In this document: piece by piece, positions 52,289-64,000 of the stretch
Position numbering within the stretch: position 1 is the stretch's first letter
Layout of the letters: each line of letters starts with the position of its first letter
From: Amoeboaphelidium protococcarum X5
Taxonomy: Eukaryota > Fungi > Aphelidiomycota
Assembly: GCA_023515725.1 (NCBI GenBank)
Contig: JALDTO010000013.1
Location: 62,001-126,000 of the forward strand
Direction: 5' to 3'
Length of the DNA stretch: 64,000 nt
Program-made: the position numbers and the translations under genes
Notes under the pieces: generated by a model
Seen by the model: only the letters and a program-made list of their open reading frames with translations
The model's database searches: none
Told to the model about the DNA's origin: nothing

Positions 52289-53908
52289 ATGTCATCTAGT
52301 AATATGAGGAATCAAGTGTCATAATTACAAGTTGGCACTTATGCTCATAATTCGCAAAAGTTCTGGGATGATGTCCTTATGTCTCCATCGCCTCTTTAGA
52401 GCGGTAGCAAGGAGGGTGGCTTTGAATCTGAATTGTCTCAGGAAGGTTATGGTACTGGTCAAAGTCTACCGTATAAAGTAAAGCTCAAGTTGCTGCTGTC
52501 ACCCATAATAAAAAGAGCTGTCTAAACTGCCGTACGTTCGTTCGCCCACGCATATGGCGCTAGAGTTGCTATAAATGTTGCTATCGCTCTACTGTCGCGT
52601 CTATTCAGTCGTCGTGGAGGGTAGTCCTCAGCTAAGAATTCCATCTTGAACCATTTATGGTCCATTGTATGGAAATAGGAGTCATTTAGGTTCGGTGCGT
52701 TCATGGGCGGATTTACTCTTGTTTGGAAGACTACATTTCCCATACTGTAAATTATAGACTATTCCAACTCTCGATTAATGTCTCGACTGTTGCTTATATA
52801 GTAATAGTCTCAGGATCATGTAACAGTGCAAAGACGAATAAACAGATTAAATGGATTCATAGCTGGATTTTTGAGTGGATTCGCCATACTGATCGAGTCC
52901 AAATCAAAGATGAAGATGTTTGGGCAACAGGCTGTGGTGAGATCAATGTAATGTCTCTACAATGCAGGAAAGTCTAGAGGTCTCATTAATCTTCCGTATG
53001 GAGACGTAGTGCTTTTCACGCTGGGTACTGCTCAAGTGCTATATGCCTATGTTATGCATCCGCAGACGCTGCCAAAAGATTTCTATGGCTTCATGGTGCA
53101 GAGTGCATAGATACCTCACTTTATTTTGAGACAGGTTGAGTAGAATTTGAAAGGTGGTAGTATTGACGTGCAAAAGCTGCGTGATTTTGTCCTGTCCAGG
53201 TATGGTAGCAATAAAGCAGCTGTGGATTTTGTACATAACTAATTGAAAGCTGATATTTATCATCTCCCTTGCGCGGTTATCCATACGAGAAATCAGCTAT
53301 GTCTACCATACAGTCTGTCGTTGTGGGTGAATGTATTCAAACAGATCGTGGCTGTGTATATACCTCTCAATCTGGTTCCCATATTTTTATTGAAGCATAA
53401 ATCACTTGTTAAAGCGTAAGAATATACTTCTAAAACTGTTACTTGAATAATTGCTGAAATGTGTAGACCAGTTGACATTATAAGCAAGGGAGTCTTATCT
53501 GCGGTAAGATCTAGCGCATTTTTTGCATGCCTAGTCTCGTTGTATCAGGGAAGCGTTTGTGTTCATGACAAGATGTTTTAATCGTGGAACATACTGAATT
53601 ATCTATATCCCAAGAGAGATCATCGATACTTTTATTATCTGTTTGGTGTGTTGAGCGGTATGACAATTTTGTTGGAGAGTAAGAGTCGCAGATCTGAGCT
53701 GGCAATGTATGTCGCTCCCAAAGCAGTAGAGTCATTGTATAGAGTGCTGTATAAGCGGCGATTGATGTTTAAAGTCCGAGGATTTTAGACTGTGATGAGT
53801 AGCGTGGCTTTTGGGATTCTTATGGCGTTTTACGCTACTGAGAAAGAGACACTGAGTCCTTTAGTATTTCGCATCTTAAAGCATTTTATCGGCGAAGGAC
53901 CACGTTGA
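52289..53908 (+). CDS. TMEM135: TMEM135-family membrane protein (start uncertain; in-frame ATGs also at 52043 and 52103)
   Basis: RFGAFMGGF, AGFLSGFAILIE, PYGDVVLF..AQVLYAY..P, SRRSELAMYVAPKAVES. Confidence 0.85.
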
Positions 53909-54075
53909 CATTAACGCAGCTTTTAAATACAATTTTGAACATACGGTGCAAATTTTAACACTTTATTTTAAGCTTTGATTATCACTTTACAAATTTGAGG
54001 ATGCGATTATTGCATTTAAACTTGGAATTTGATTTAACACGACAGAGAGACTAATACAATCATCATGAAATAGTC

Positions 54076-55689
54076 TCACTGAGGAGGCAATCTATCAGTA
54101 AAACTATTACCATCATCAGACATTGATAATATACCTCTACCCATTTAGGAATTGCGTGGACTCCATCCATTTACCTCTGCCATTGCATTCCATGTTTCCT
54201 GATCAGGGACTTTGGTCATTAACTTGTCCACTTTAGACGGTGAATAAGGAGAAGCGCGGACATGGAATGTGTTACTACCAGCAGCTGCAGCAGCATTTAG
54301 ATTGTCACTGTCAAGTGACCCAAGAGTACTGCTTCCATTACGTTCAATCTGAATATCCCTTTGCAGCGATGCCATGAATCTTCTGAAAGCAATCTGCACT
54401 GCTGGTACTTTGGTAGCATCACGACTAAACACATATATCGTGAGTTCCTGGAAGCAAACAGGAGTCAGGTAGGACAAATCCTCTTAGTCAATCTTGAAGG
54501 AAACGTCCGGATTAAACTTATTGAAAAATCTGATGTTCTCCAGCGGGTTCTTATCCTTCATACCAAAGTTCAAATGCACAAAAGACACGACGACATCACT
54601 AGCCTCCAGTCTGAATGGCTAATTTATATCCTGACATTCAACAATCTTCTCAGCTGATATAACATCATCCATCTTGCGCCCTTAGAATACCAACTCAGCA
54701 CTAGCCGGATTGAGGCGGAGCTCATCTACAAACTTGTACAAATGTCTCTTTCTCAATCGCCGTAAGATTTACCTGGCCGGTTATAAACGCTCCGATTTAC
54801 TCCTCTCAATATCTCGCACTACTCCATCAGTCATGTTCATGTACTCCTGTGGATGAAGGATAGAATCACTAATACCGAGTTCTTCATCGGCAATCTACAG
54901 AGCATCAATCAGCATAAGCTCTACACTTTTACAAGTCTTGTGGGTATAAACACTCCGGTGCAGGTTCAGACGCGACTAAAATAATCTATGTAAATTCCAA
55001 TCATCCTTCTTATTCCATACAATCTGATTGTCTAATACCTTGGAGTTGATGATCAACCGAGAGGAATCATAAGTTGAAGATTCGCCAACATAGTAGCAAT
55101 CACGTCTCAGGTAATCAAATTTGTCCACATCGACGCCATTGCGCTTATTACTGACAATATCGTACAGATAGCCATACTCTTGATTAGAATACATTGGCTC
55201 TCCCATTACGAGGGATTTAACAAACTTGAGCTAATCAGTGTCAATGTCTATACCGTTATCATCGACCAGGTAATCGATCATCATCAGACTTCCCTTCTCG
55301 TGTGTCCATCCAGTATTTTGCTGCTTCGACTGCGGTATGAAGGCGCCATCAAAGATGTGACTATACGGTCCATGCCCAATGTCGTGCAGAAGGCCAGCGA
55401 GGATGACTGATTCATATTGAAACTCTGAAATGTCTAGCTACTGAGAAGCGGTGGGCAAATGCTTAAGCATAGCGCGTGCTACTGTGGATGTTCCAATACT
55501 ATGCTCAAATCTGGTGTGAGTCGCCCCTGGGTACACGTAAGAAGCAGTGCCGAGTTGCTTTAATTCACGCAGTCGCTAGAATTACTGAGAGTCAATGTAC
55601 CGCAATTACAGTCTAGTCAGAGGAATAAGGCCTTGAATCGGGCAATTCACATACTTTTCCACTTGTTCGCTCATCATCTTCTAAGTCAT
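54076..55689 (-). CDS. SAMHD1-like HD-domain dNTP triphosphohydrolase (no SAM domain)
   Basis: F(Q)[50 protein letters not shown]; 538 codons. Confidence 0.92.
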
Positions 55690-55969
55690 TCCAATAGTAT
55701 AATGATGATGATGATGTCGTTATCTAATACAGATTAGGATACCGACAATCGTTACTGCTCTAAAGTTTTAAAGGGGGAAAGCGACGCGCGTGTTTTAAGC
55801 GCAACCGCGTAATCGCACCGTCGAATTGATCGTTATAAGTTAGACTGTGGTTGATCGATTATAGTCGCCATATAGTAGCATAAAAGTAGATAGCCCATCA
55901 TTAAAAGAGTGTCATGATAAGGAACAAACAAAGCACATCTATTTAAATAAATTAGACACGTGTCATCCA

Positions 55970-57433
55970 TCATTAAGAACCATAATCTATGAGACTGTGG
56001 ATTCTTAGAAAGTCGAGAAATGACATATTGGACAGATCATCTGCACTAGAATGTTGACTGCCTTTATGAGAACGTCCGTCAGAGCTATTGCGCCTTTTCT
56101 GGTTCTCTTTGCTCTTGCCGCGAGAAGATGAGCGGCTCTTTTTTCGATTCTTGCCATCTTTAGATCCTCCGCCACCGTTTTACGATGATGATGAAGATCC
56201 ATCTTTACTGCAAGACAATAACCTCTTACGTTCAGTTCTACCACGTTGATCATTGCCATGAGATTACTATTTACCAGGAGATTAATGACCACTATTTCTA
56301 CCAACATTACCTGCTCCATCCAGGCTGTGATTACTCTACGCGAATGGAACCTTGATCCAAATCTTACGAAAATCTCCATCCAGATGACCTTTATCAATTG
56401 AGAAATCATAGTGTCGCAGCCAGCTGAATAATTCATACCAAATAACATCATCATCCTTGACGTGACTCGATGCTGTAACTAAATAATTGAATTTCTTTAG
56501 CGCAGATTACTTGCTCTTTTTGTGTTTATTACTATTATTATTATTATTTCCACCAACTGCGTTCATATCATCGTCAGAGTCTTCATTAACAACCATTTTC
56601 CAACAACTGCATTCTTTAACACTCACCACCTCACCATTCTGAGCTTATTGAACCGCAAAATCAAATTTATCCAAATCTTGAATTATTAAACTATCCGCAC
56701 ACAGTTTACAATCAATCTTATTCTTGATCTTTTTCGGAATTCTGGTAAAAGTTTTTTGAGGACTAGTATTAAGCTGCAAATTATTATGATTATTACTACT
56801 ATTGGCAGCACGATCTCTGTTGCCAGATTAAATCTAATTAATTGAAGAAGATTAATTAGACGCGGAATCTTTATCATAACCGTCGAATCTAACATTCTTT
56901 GACGGCGTGGTGAGATTAGATTGTCCAAATAGCTGTTTTTGCACATAGTTCTTATAAGGCTTTATGGATATAAAACATTCATTTACAACGACTCTACCAC
57001 CGCTGAATTCTTAACCTGACGAATTGTGACTCTTAAGTATTTTCTTCTTATTAGATGACGATGATGATGATTAAATTCCACCAGATGGAGAGAGCGGCCA
57101 ACTGAAAGCGTCATCATCCTGCTGATCCAAGCTCAATCGATCCATCATAATTTCATCAAAATCGACATAATCAGGCCGGAGCATAGGACTCAATTTCTTC
57201 TTGTATTTGCGACTACGTAGAGAGTGTATCTGCTGCGTTGTTATCAAATCGATCAACTCCATCGATGAGTCAACCATATTTAATGACGCTGCCTCCAGAT
57301 TCTGCCTCAAAATCTCTTCTTCATTCACCTATTAATGCTAATTCATCAGAGTACCATCAGGCTAAATCTGCTACTAAGCATTGCCATCACTAATATTGTT
57401 GCGTTGCGATATTGCATGCTTTAACAATGCCAT
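55970..57433 (-). CDS. Hypothetical protein with a LAMTOR1/Ego1-like N-terminal segment
   Basis: 488-codon frame; EEEILRQNLEAASLNMVD..HSLRSRKYKKKL; Cys pairs CKLC/CSC; basic low-complexity tail. Confidence 0.55.
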
Positions 57434-57739
57434 TACTATTACAAAAATATTAAAGGAACTGCGTGATGAAAGAAACAAAAAGGAATCAATCGTGTGATCT
57501 TTCTGTTTTTGTTTCAGCCGCGCATCGTCTGAGAAAATTCTTCTTTTCCCGCTGAATCGCCCGTCGTCATTCTCTGATCGATCAGCTGACCGGCAACCGA
57601 AATCCTCTCAGCTTTTGGACGCGCTCAATTATACACCATAGCAAGGTGGTTATTATTAAGCTCATAATATTTTCGTGTTCTGCTTAATTTATATCAATAG
57701 AGCGCTGTTTAATTAAATTAATTACATAAATCTGAAAAT

Positions 57740-58018
57740 ATGCTGCGTTAAATCTTTGGTGGATTATCATCATCGTTTATGGCCACCAGTCGAGTGCCTT
57801 TTAATACTACAACTGGATCATAATCAATATCCGGAATATCTAGTTTAAGTGGAATGATGTAAAAGAGATTTATCAGAGGACAGTACGGTAGTGAGTATTA
57901 GCCATCGATTGTGAAGAGAAAGCGTACTCATGGATTCCTGCGAAGACTTATGACGCGTAATGGACGAAGGCTCTTATGGCGTAGGAAAAATGCTGGATAA
58001 AAGTATCTAGGTGTTTGA
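57740..58018 (+). CDS. MRPL34: Mitochondrial ribosomal protein L34
   Basis: Presequence, then GSEY(Q)PSIVKRKRTHGFLRRLMTRNGRRLL; absent from ORF track. Confidence 0.93.
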
Positions 58019-58297
58019 TTGATTATTTGATATCTATATATATATTTTAGACTTTTATTTACTAGACTAGTTTTTTAGTGTACAGTAATGTGATGAAAGA
58101 AGAAGCGACTACTATTTGGTGATTACTTTCGGTCTAAATAGAGCCATCATAATATCAAGTGAGGCTTTACGAAACTCAGAACTACGCTTTAAAAACGCGC
58201 CTCCTTTAGTTTTCGGCATCTTTTAACAACTGTTTCAATCGTTCGTACATCTTTACTTACTGCTAGGCATAATTAGCATCGCAGTTTATAGAAAAAA

Positions 58298-59905
58298 ATG
58301 ACTTTAAGCGAATCTGCATCAGAGTGGATTTAAGATCCTCTATAGTAATTAAGTCGTCTGAATGGAGATTTGCGTGAGCTGAATAATGTTGCAGATGAGT
58401 TAGTCTCTAAGATTCCTTCATTGAACGATGGAGGATTGGTAGGGAAGAATCAACTAGTCACTGGTGTCCTGATGGTAACCAACAATGGTCTTACACCTCT
58501 GTACTATCCCTCAAATTACTTGAATGCTGATGGAGAAGTCAAGTGCTCAGACTACCGCTTCTCCGCTTTATAGTCAGGAGCCGCCTCTCCTTGCCTCTCT
58601 GAAACTCAACGACTTTCCGAGTGCAACGCGTTTGAGGCTGTGCTGTGTCCAGGCTTTGACGCGACGAAACGACGCGTTTAGACTGAGAGCAGCGACGTTG
58701 ATCTCGATCTGAGCCGGTTGAAACTAGATGATGGCGGTGTTAAAAGTGGAGTTACGTTTCAGCTGTTGGTTTACAATACTGAAGTGTAACTGCTGCTGAA
58801 TAATGTCATTGAAGTTATTGCTGTCTATTCTCCCTGTGATGATGGAGATGAACTAAAGCGTAGTACTCTTGAGGTTTTGGCTTTGCGCATGTATTCTCCT
58901 GCAATTTAAAGTGGTGGTTGGCTGATCAAAGGTTGCGAGTATCAGAAGCCTTTATTATATCGTGTCAACTCTGAGGAGACTAGATCGGAGCTGATAAACT
59001 TATTGACAGATAGTCTGTTCCCTAACGATCGAAAGGCTGCAGAGCTGTTTCTACTCTGGTTGATCAGTAAAGCGTATCATAGACGTGCTGATTCTGTGCT
59101 TGGCCTGGTGTCTTGTACCATTTATGACGTTCAGGATGCTGGATTTAGTACCAAGGTGAGAAATGTTGTTCAACTACTGACTGGAGTATCGAACCATGTT
59201 CCTCTAACGCTGGCTAATTTGAATTCTGATTCCTTTGTGCCCAAGTATATACAATCAGATGATATGGAATAATAAGAATGCTTTGGGCGTATAAGTGAAT
59301 CCCCTCTTATGCTTCCTTCATCTGGCCATGTGATATTGGATGAAACCTTGCTGGATGATGGTAAATTATCAGAGGTTGGTATGAAGAATCTATAATCTTT
59401 GTCTGAAGGTGTGTTACAAAACAGTTCTTTGGAGTATTCAAATGCTGATTCCAAGGCTGTATCATCCGGTGTATAAGTCAACTTGGAATGGAGCGTGTTA
59501 TTGCTATCGAAAGTATCCCGACCACCATAACAGAATACTGCTGATACTAAGAATATTTCTCTGAGTCAAATACTGGCAACATCTCTGTACATTAAAGCTC
59601 CAAATCAAGAACCTACCCATTTGCCTCAATTAACCGTTGGTTTGATTGAACAGTTTCGTCGTTACATCCACTGTTGCAGAGACTAAGACTCGAAGTATAA
59701 CGTATCACCAGAAATCGGGGATTAGATTGTTAATGATTATGTTGAAATGCGCCGTGAAAGTACTCAATCTTCTACATCCACCGCAGTCGATCAGGATACT
59801 CTGAAATTGTTAATGGAGTTGTCCAGATTGTAATGTCTATCTCATGGCGAGTCAGAGCTAACTATTGATCACTACCGTCAGGCAAAGAATCTACTAAATT
59901 TGTGA
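58298..59905 (+). CDS. MCMBP: MCM-binding protein
   Basis: KIPSLN, DRKAAELFLLWLIS, LTLANLN..FVPK, ILDETLLDDGKLSEVGMKNL, NDYVEMRR; 536 codons. Confidence 0.85.
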
Positions 59906-59984
59906 GTACTATGGGAATTGAAAAAAGTCTACGTATGTAGTATGTAACACGAACTATTTTTTAGTTTCATTACACCTATTACTT

Positions 59985-61358
59985 TCATTTCAAAATTTCA
60001 TTCTCGTCACTAGAAATATTGTCATCACTGTCACTCAGCGGCTAATTTACATCTTATTGATCGAACTGAGCATCACCATAATCTTACTATGTGGACGTAT
60101 TATATCGCTCACGCGACAGACGATCATCATCATCATCTGCAAACATTCCATTACGGCCAGAGAGAGCTTCATCTCCAGACTATCTAGGAGAAGGAAGACT
60201 AGGATTTCTGCGGGATCTCGATCTAGATTTAGATTACGATGACTGTGACGACGTGGAAGTGGACTCTGTTTAGTTCTAAGCAAGGATCAACGCATTACTT
60301 GAATTGTTGTTGCTACTACTAGTGCTAGTAGAAGTGGAATCTTCCCCATTCTAAGTACCACCTTTGCCGTTATCAATACGCAATCTGAGACCGGATGCAA
60401 GAAGACGCAACGGACTTCGCTTCTTTTTGCTCATAGAACGCTGCCTATACTTGATACTGTCCATGAGGGGAGCGTAATCCTTCTACAAATTCCTCTTATT
60501 CCACTCCACCGCATCGATATTACTCTATTTCCATAGGTACACCAGTACACATGCATAGTACACAGTGAGCAGTGAGAAGGCGATCAAAGAGACCACCACA
60601 AGGCCCGTCAGAAATCTATAGTGATACAAATAGTAAGCCAATTGATACGGTACAAACTAGGCAGTGGATATCATGAGAGCTGTGACTATTCGAGGTAACT
60701 TGACCTTACCATCAGAATCACGACTACCTGCAATGGTGAGATATAAATCGCCAGACTTCTGATGATAACTCCTCTAATATTTGTACTATTTGTCAGATTC
60801 CAATTTCAACTAAACCATCTCATACTCTTGATAATATCCAAATACATATAGCGGAAGTCTAAGCATAATATTGAGCCATTTTAACGCTCTGGATTAATAC
60901 TTTAACATCAACACTGACGATCCTCTCCACGCAAGATTATCAGCATTAGAATAATGACAAATTTAAGACATGCGAGACTTCTACGGATATACCGAATTTG
61001 ACTATACACTTTCCTGCGACTTTGACTACTTGTCACTCAACTAACAAGCACTGACAGGCCATAATCCATCATAATTATGCTTCTCTTGAGACAATTTCAC
61101 CACCAGATGCCAGTCATAAGTCTATCTATTACTCAATCTATTCAGTCTCACGGATGGAATTATGGCGTGAATGTTCATGTGATTATAATCATATTCTAGT
61201 CGCAGTGGAAATTCTTGATATACAGTTGAGGGGACAAGGAGAGAGTACATGGCCATATAAACGAGACACGCAATGGACACACTAAGCACAATACCCACAG
61301 TCATGATCACGGTCCCAGTGAGGATATTCCTCGGCCTGAATATCTAATAGTTGGACAT
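59985..61358 (-). CDS. Seipin-family lipid droplet protein
   Basis: TM - luminal domain (VP..FPLRLEY, TYDWHL, MLKY(Q)S..RLPLYVFGY) - TM, acidic/Ser tail; 458 codons. Confidence 0.75.
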
Positions 61359-62108
61359 ATTATTATCACCTTTTAGAAATCACAATTACAATTATCTGAT
61401 AGTAGTTTACAGTCAGACAATCAATGATCAGGTGTAGAATTACTTTAGCAAATTGATTTCAAATACTTTATTAAATGGTATAGAAACTAACAAGCAGATA
61501 ATCTACAAAATATATATATCGAAATGAGAGCGTGTAATATAAGCGGGAGAAAAGTAACAACTCCAGCCCAGATCAACTACTGTATTAGATATTTGAAAGA
61601 GTGTGAGAGTTTATTTAGTGTGAGTAAGAGAAGAATAGAGTGAATGCGACGATGACTTGCATCTGTTTCGCGCGCGTTTGTCTGTCGATCACATGTCACT
61701 ACGACGGGTCAAAGCCATTCGTTCCTTCATCAGAAACTCTCATTTCTCGTGTTATCCGTCCATATACGGCACTCGAAACGTGGCTATTGGTCGAGTCAAA
61801 GTCATTGCTTCATTAAGGAAGCTCACTCAGTTCTTTTGTGTTTTAAACAGATTCGAAACTATCGACGTCGAAGGAAAGTGTGATCTTTTATTTTGATTCT
61901 GCTGTATAAGGAACGCTTTTTTAATTCTATTTACAGTACAATACAGTAGTGTCTCTCTCTCTCTTGTTCCCTTGGAATACGGTGTTGATTTCTCTAGTTC
62001 TCTGCTGCTTTTATTCTTAGTGCAAATTAGTTAGAACAAGTTGGACAGTACTTCAAGTGAGTTCATAATTGTATTGGGGACTGGATTCATCATACTAATA
62101 ATAGAAGC

Positions 62109-64000
62109 ATGACAGTGGAATAGTAAATGGAGAGGTTGAAAAGGCTCTTGGTGGTTCAGAAGGTGATTGATAACTTGATCTCTACTAAGACTGACGTGGA
62201 CAATAATGTTGGTAAAGTTACAGTAGGTAGTAAGAGTAGCAATATGAAATACACATAGATTGTGTCCGAGATGAGGTAGACAGTTGACGCTGATAAAAGT
62301 GACCAAGACAGGTAGAGTATGCATTAGTCTTAATCTTCATCGACCAGTAAAAATCACGATAAAGTATTAGATTATGATTAAAGTGAACGATCAAGATTAG
62401 AATAAGAATTGTAACAATGTCTGATAAAATAGTAATATAGATTGGAATCTCTGTCTCAAGATTTGGACACTCTATTAGCTTTTAAAAATTTGCTCAAGTT
62501 CTAGTATAACCTTTATCCTAAAGATGATGAGAATAAGCTTCACTATGCTGAATAGTATTAGTATGTGTGGGCTATCCAGGTATATACGTAAGACATAATA
62601 AAGCGATTCAAATTTCATTTTGAGTCTCCAACGTCAAAGCTTAATAGAGTTGATAAATTTGAGTGGTGGATAAATTATTTGCACAAGGTACTCAGTAAGC
62701 ATCAATAGTTCAATTGGAGTCCGCTTATGGTTAAAGATTGTGCTGCAAGTGTCGATTTATTCCAAGAGTTTATGGTTGTTATTGTTCGGGAATGTCTATT
62801 GCCTAAAGTTGGTAATGGATTCAAAACTGTATGTGCATATATAGACAAGGCTTAATATTCAGAGAATGCAGATGATACACAACTATCAAGTGAGAGTTCT
62901 GGATGGGTTAAATTTGATTGTGGTAGTTAGTAGTGTATTCGATATAATAAACTTTTGTGTGATTTGGTCAAGGAGGTTATCCAACTTGATGGTGCTCTCA
63001 TTGATAGTTATGGACTATAGTTGGATGAGTATAAGCTGCGATTTAGTTCAAGTATTATGGATTCTCCTTGTTTGGCAGTTATAACCTCTGATCAAGAACT
63101 GTATGATTATTGGTTTAATGCACTGATTATAACGTAAAATTACCAGTTGGATATGATTATGGTTCGTAGTGATCTATGGCTTCGTGCTTTTTCAGATGCT
63201 GACATTCAGGATGACCAATTCCGATGTGCCAAGTCTAGTTTAATGATTCTGGATTTACTGCAAGATATTGAGGATATCACCTAGAGCGTTAATAAATAAA
63301 GTCAAAAGTTGGATCTTTGTGATCTAGGACATGATTTAATTGACCGTGTAATGGAGTTTATTGAGGGAGATCTTGTAGATCCGCTGGTTGATCGATTTCC
63401 GTATCGAAAGCCTATTGCACCTGAGGATATTGGTGGTAGTGGGTTGTAATAGAAGTCTTAGCTTACATCCGGAGGGGTAATATCATCCACTATCAGTTCA
63501 GGTGTTGATCGAATAAAAGATAATTAGTTGACTGCTACATTGATGTCATCATCAAATAGCGGTAAAACTGTGTCTGGTAATGCTGCTACCGGCTCGTCAG
63601 GTCCTGATAGTGATCTTGATTCTAAAATTTGGGTACAGGGCTGCAGTAGGTGGCTGTGCGCTTTATCCTTTCTCCTGAATGCTCTAGACAATAATAAGAT
63701 TGAAGACGGTGGCGAGAGTGGATTGCTATTCTTGCAATCTGAACCTGACAGATACCGAGATTTAATTTAGCGTATGTAGAGAATCATCGAATCTCTTACT
63801 AAAGTCATTACGGTCAGTTGTCTTTACTCTCTGTATCAAGTATTTGATGTATAGTGTTTGGCCAGAGTTTTGCGTAATTTGAATGCCACTGCCAATGTTG
63901 ATGAAATTAAAGAGCTCCTAGAGGGTAGCTTATACTCGGGCATGGTAAAGCTATTGTCTGTATTCCAACTATTTAGAGATTCTTTACCTTATGATGTTGT
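62109..64000 (+). CDS. TIP20: RINT1/Tip20 (Dsl1 complex) protein, 3'-partial
   Basis: KRFKFHFE..LNRVDKFEWW motif; frame open to the window end with TAR=Gln. Confidence 0.8.

Overview
Gene-dense, AT-rich eukaryotic nuclear DNA of fungal/opisthokont type, with about 35 protein-coding genes in 64 kb, few short introns and very short spacers. The supplied ORF track is fragmented because the genome uses a non-standard code: TAA and TAG encode Gln and only TGA is stop (NCBI table 6). Re-reading by hand with that code joins the fragments into full-length genes, including several absent from the ORF track (Rpb12, Got1, MRPL34, sepiapterin-reductase-like SDR, NAR1, DCTN3-like, TMEM135). A fungus-like gene set with this code points to an aphelid such as Amoeboaphelidium protococcarum (inference). 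Notable features: all 12 frame-validated introns end in TGTAG; a beta-propeller/mucin-stalk receptor kinase lacks the kinase C-terminal subdomains; a secreted GPI-type (Gly-Thr-Pro)n collagen-like protein; a choice-of-anchor-A-like secreted protein; frame disruptions in UBR1 and alpha-amylase; a perfect RFX X-box; a BRCT-less Rap1; a degenerate Crinkler-like fragment. I recognised no rRNA, tRNA, CRISPR array or intact transposon. All homology calls are from motif recognition, not database searches.
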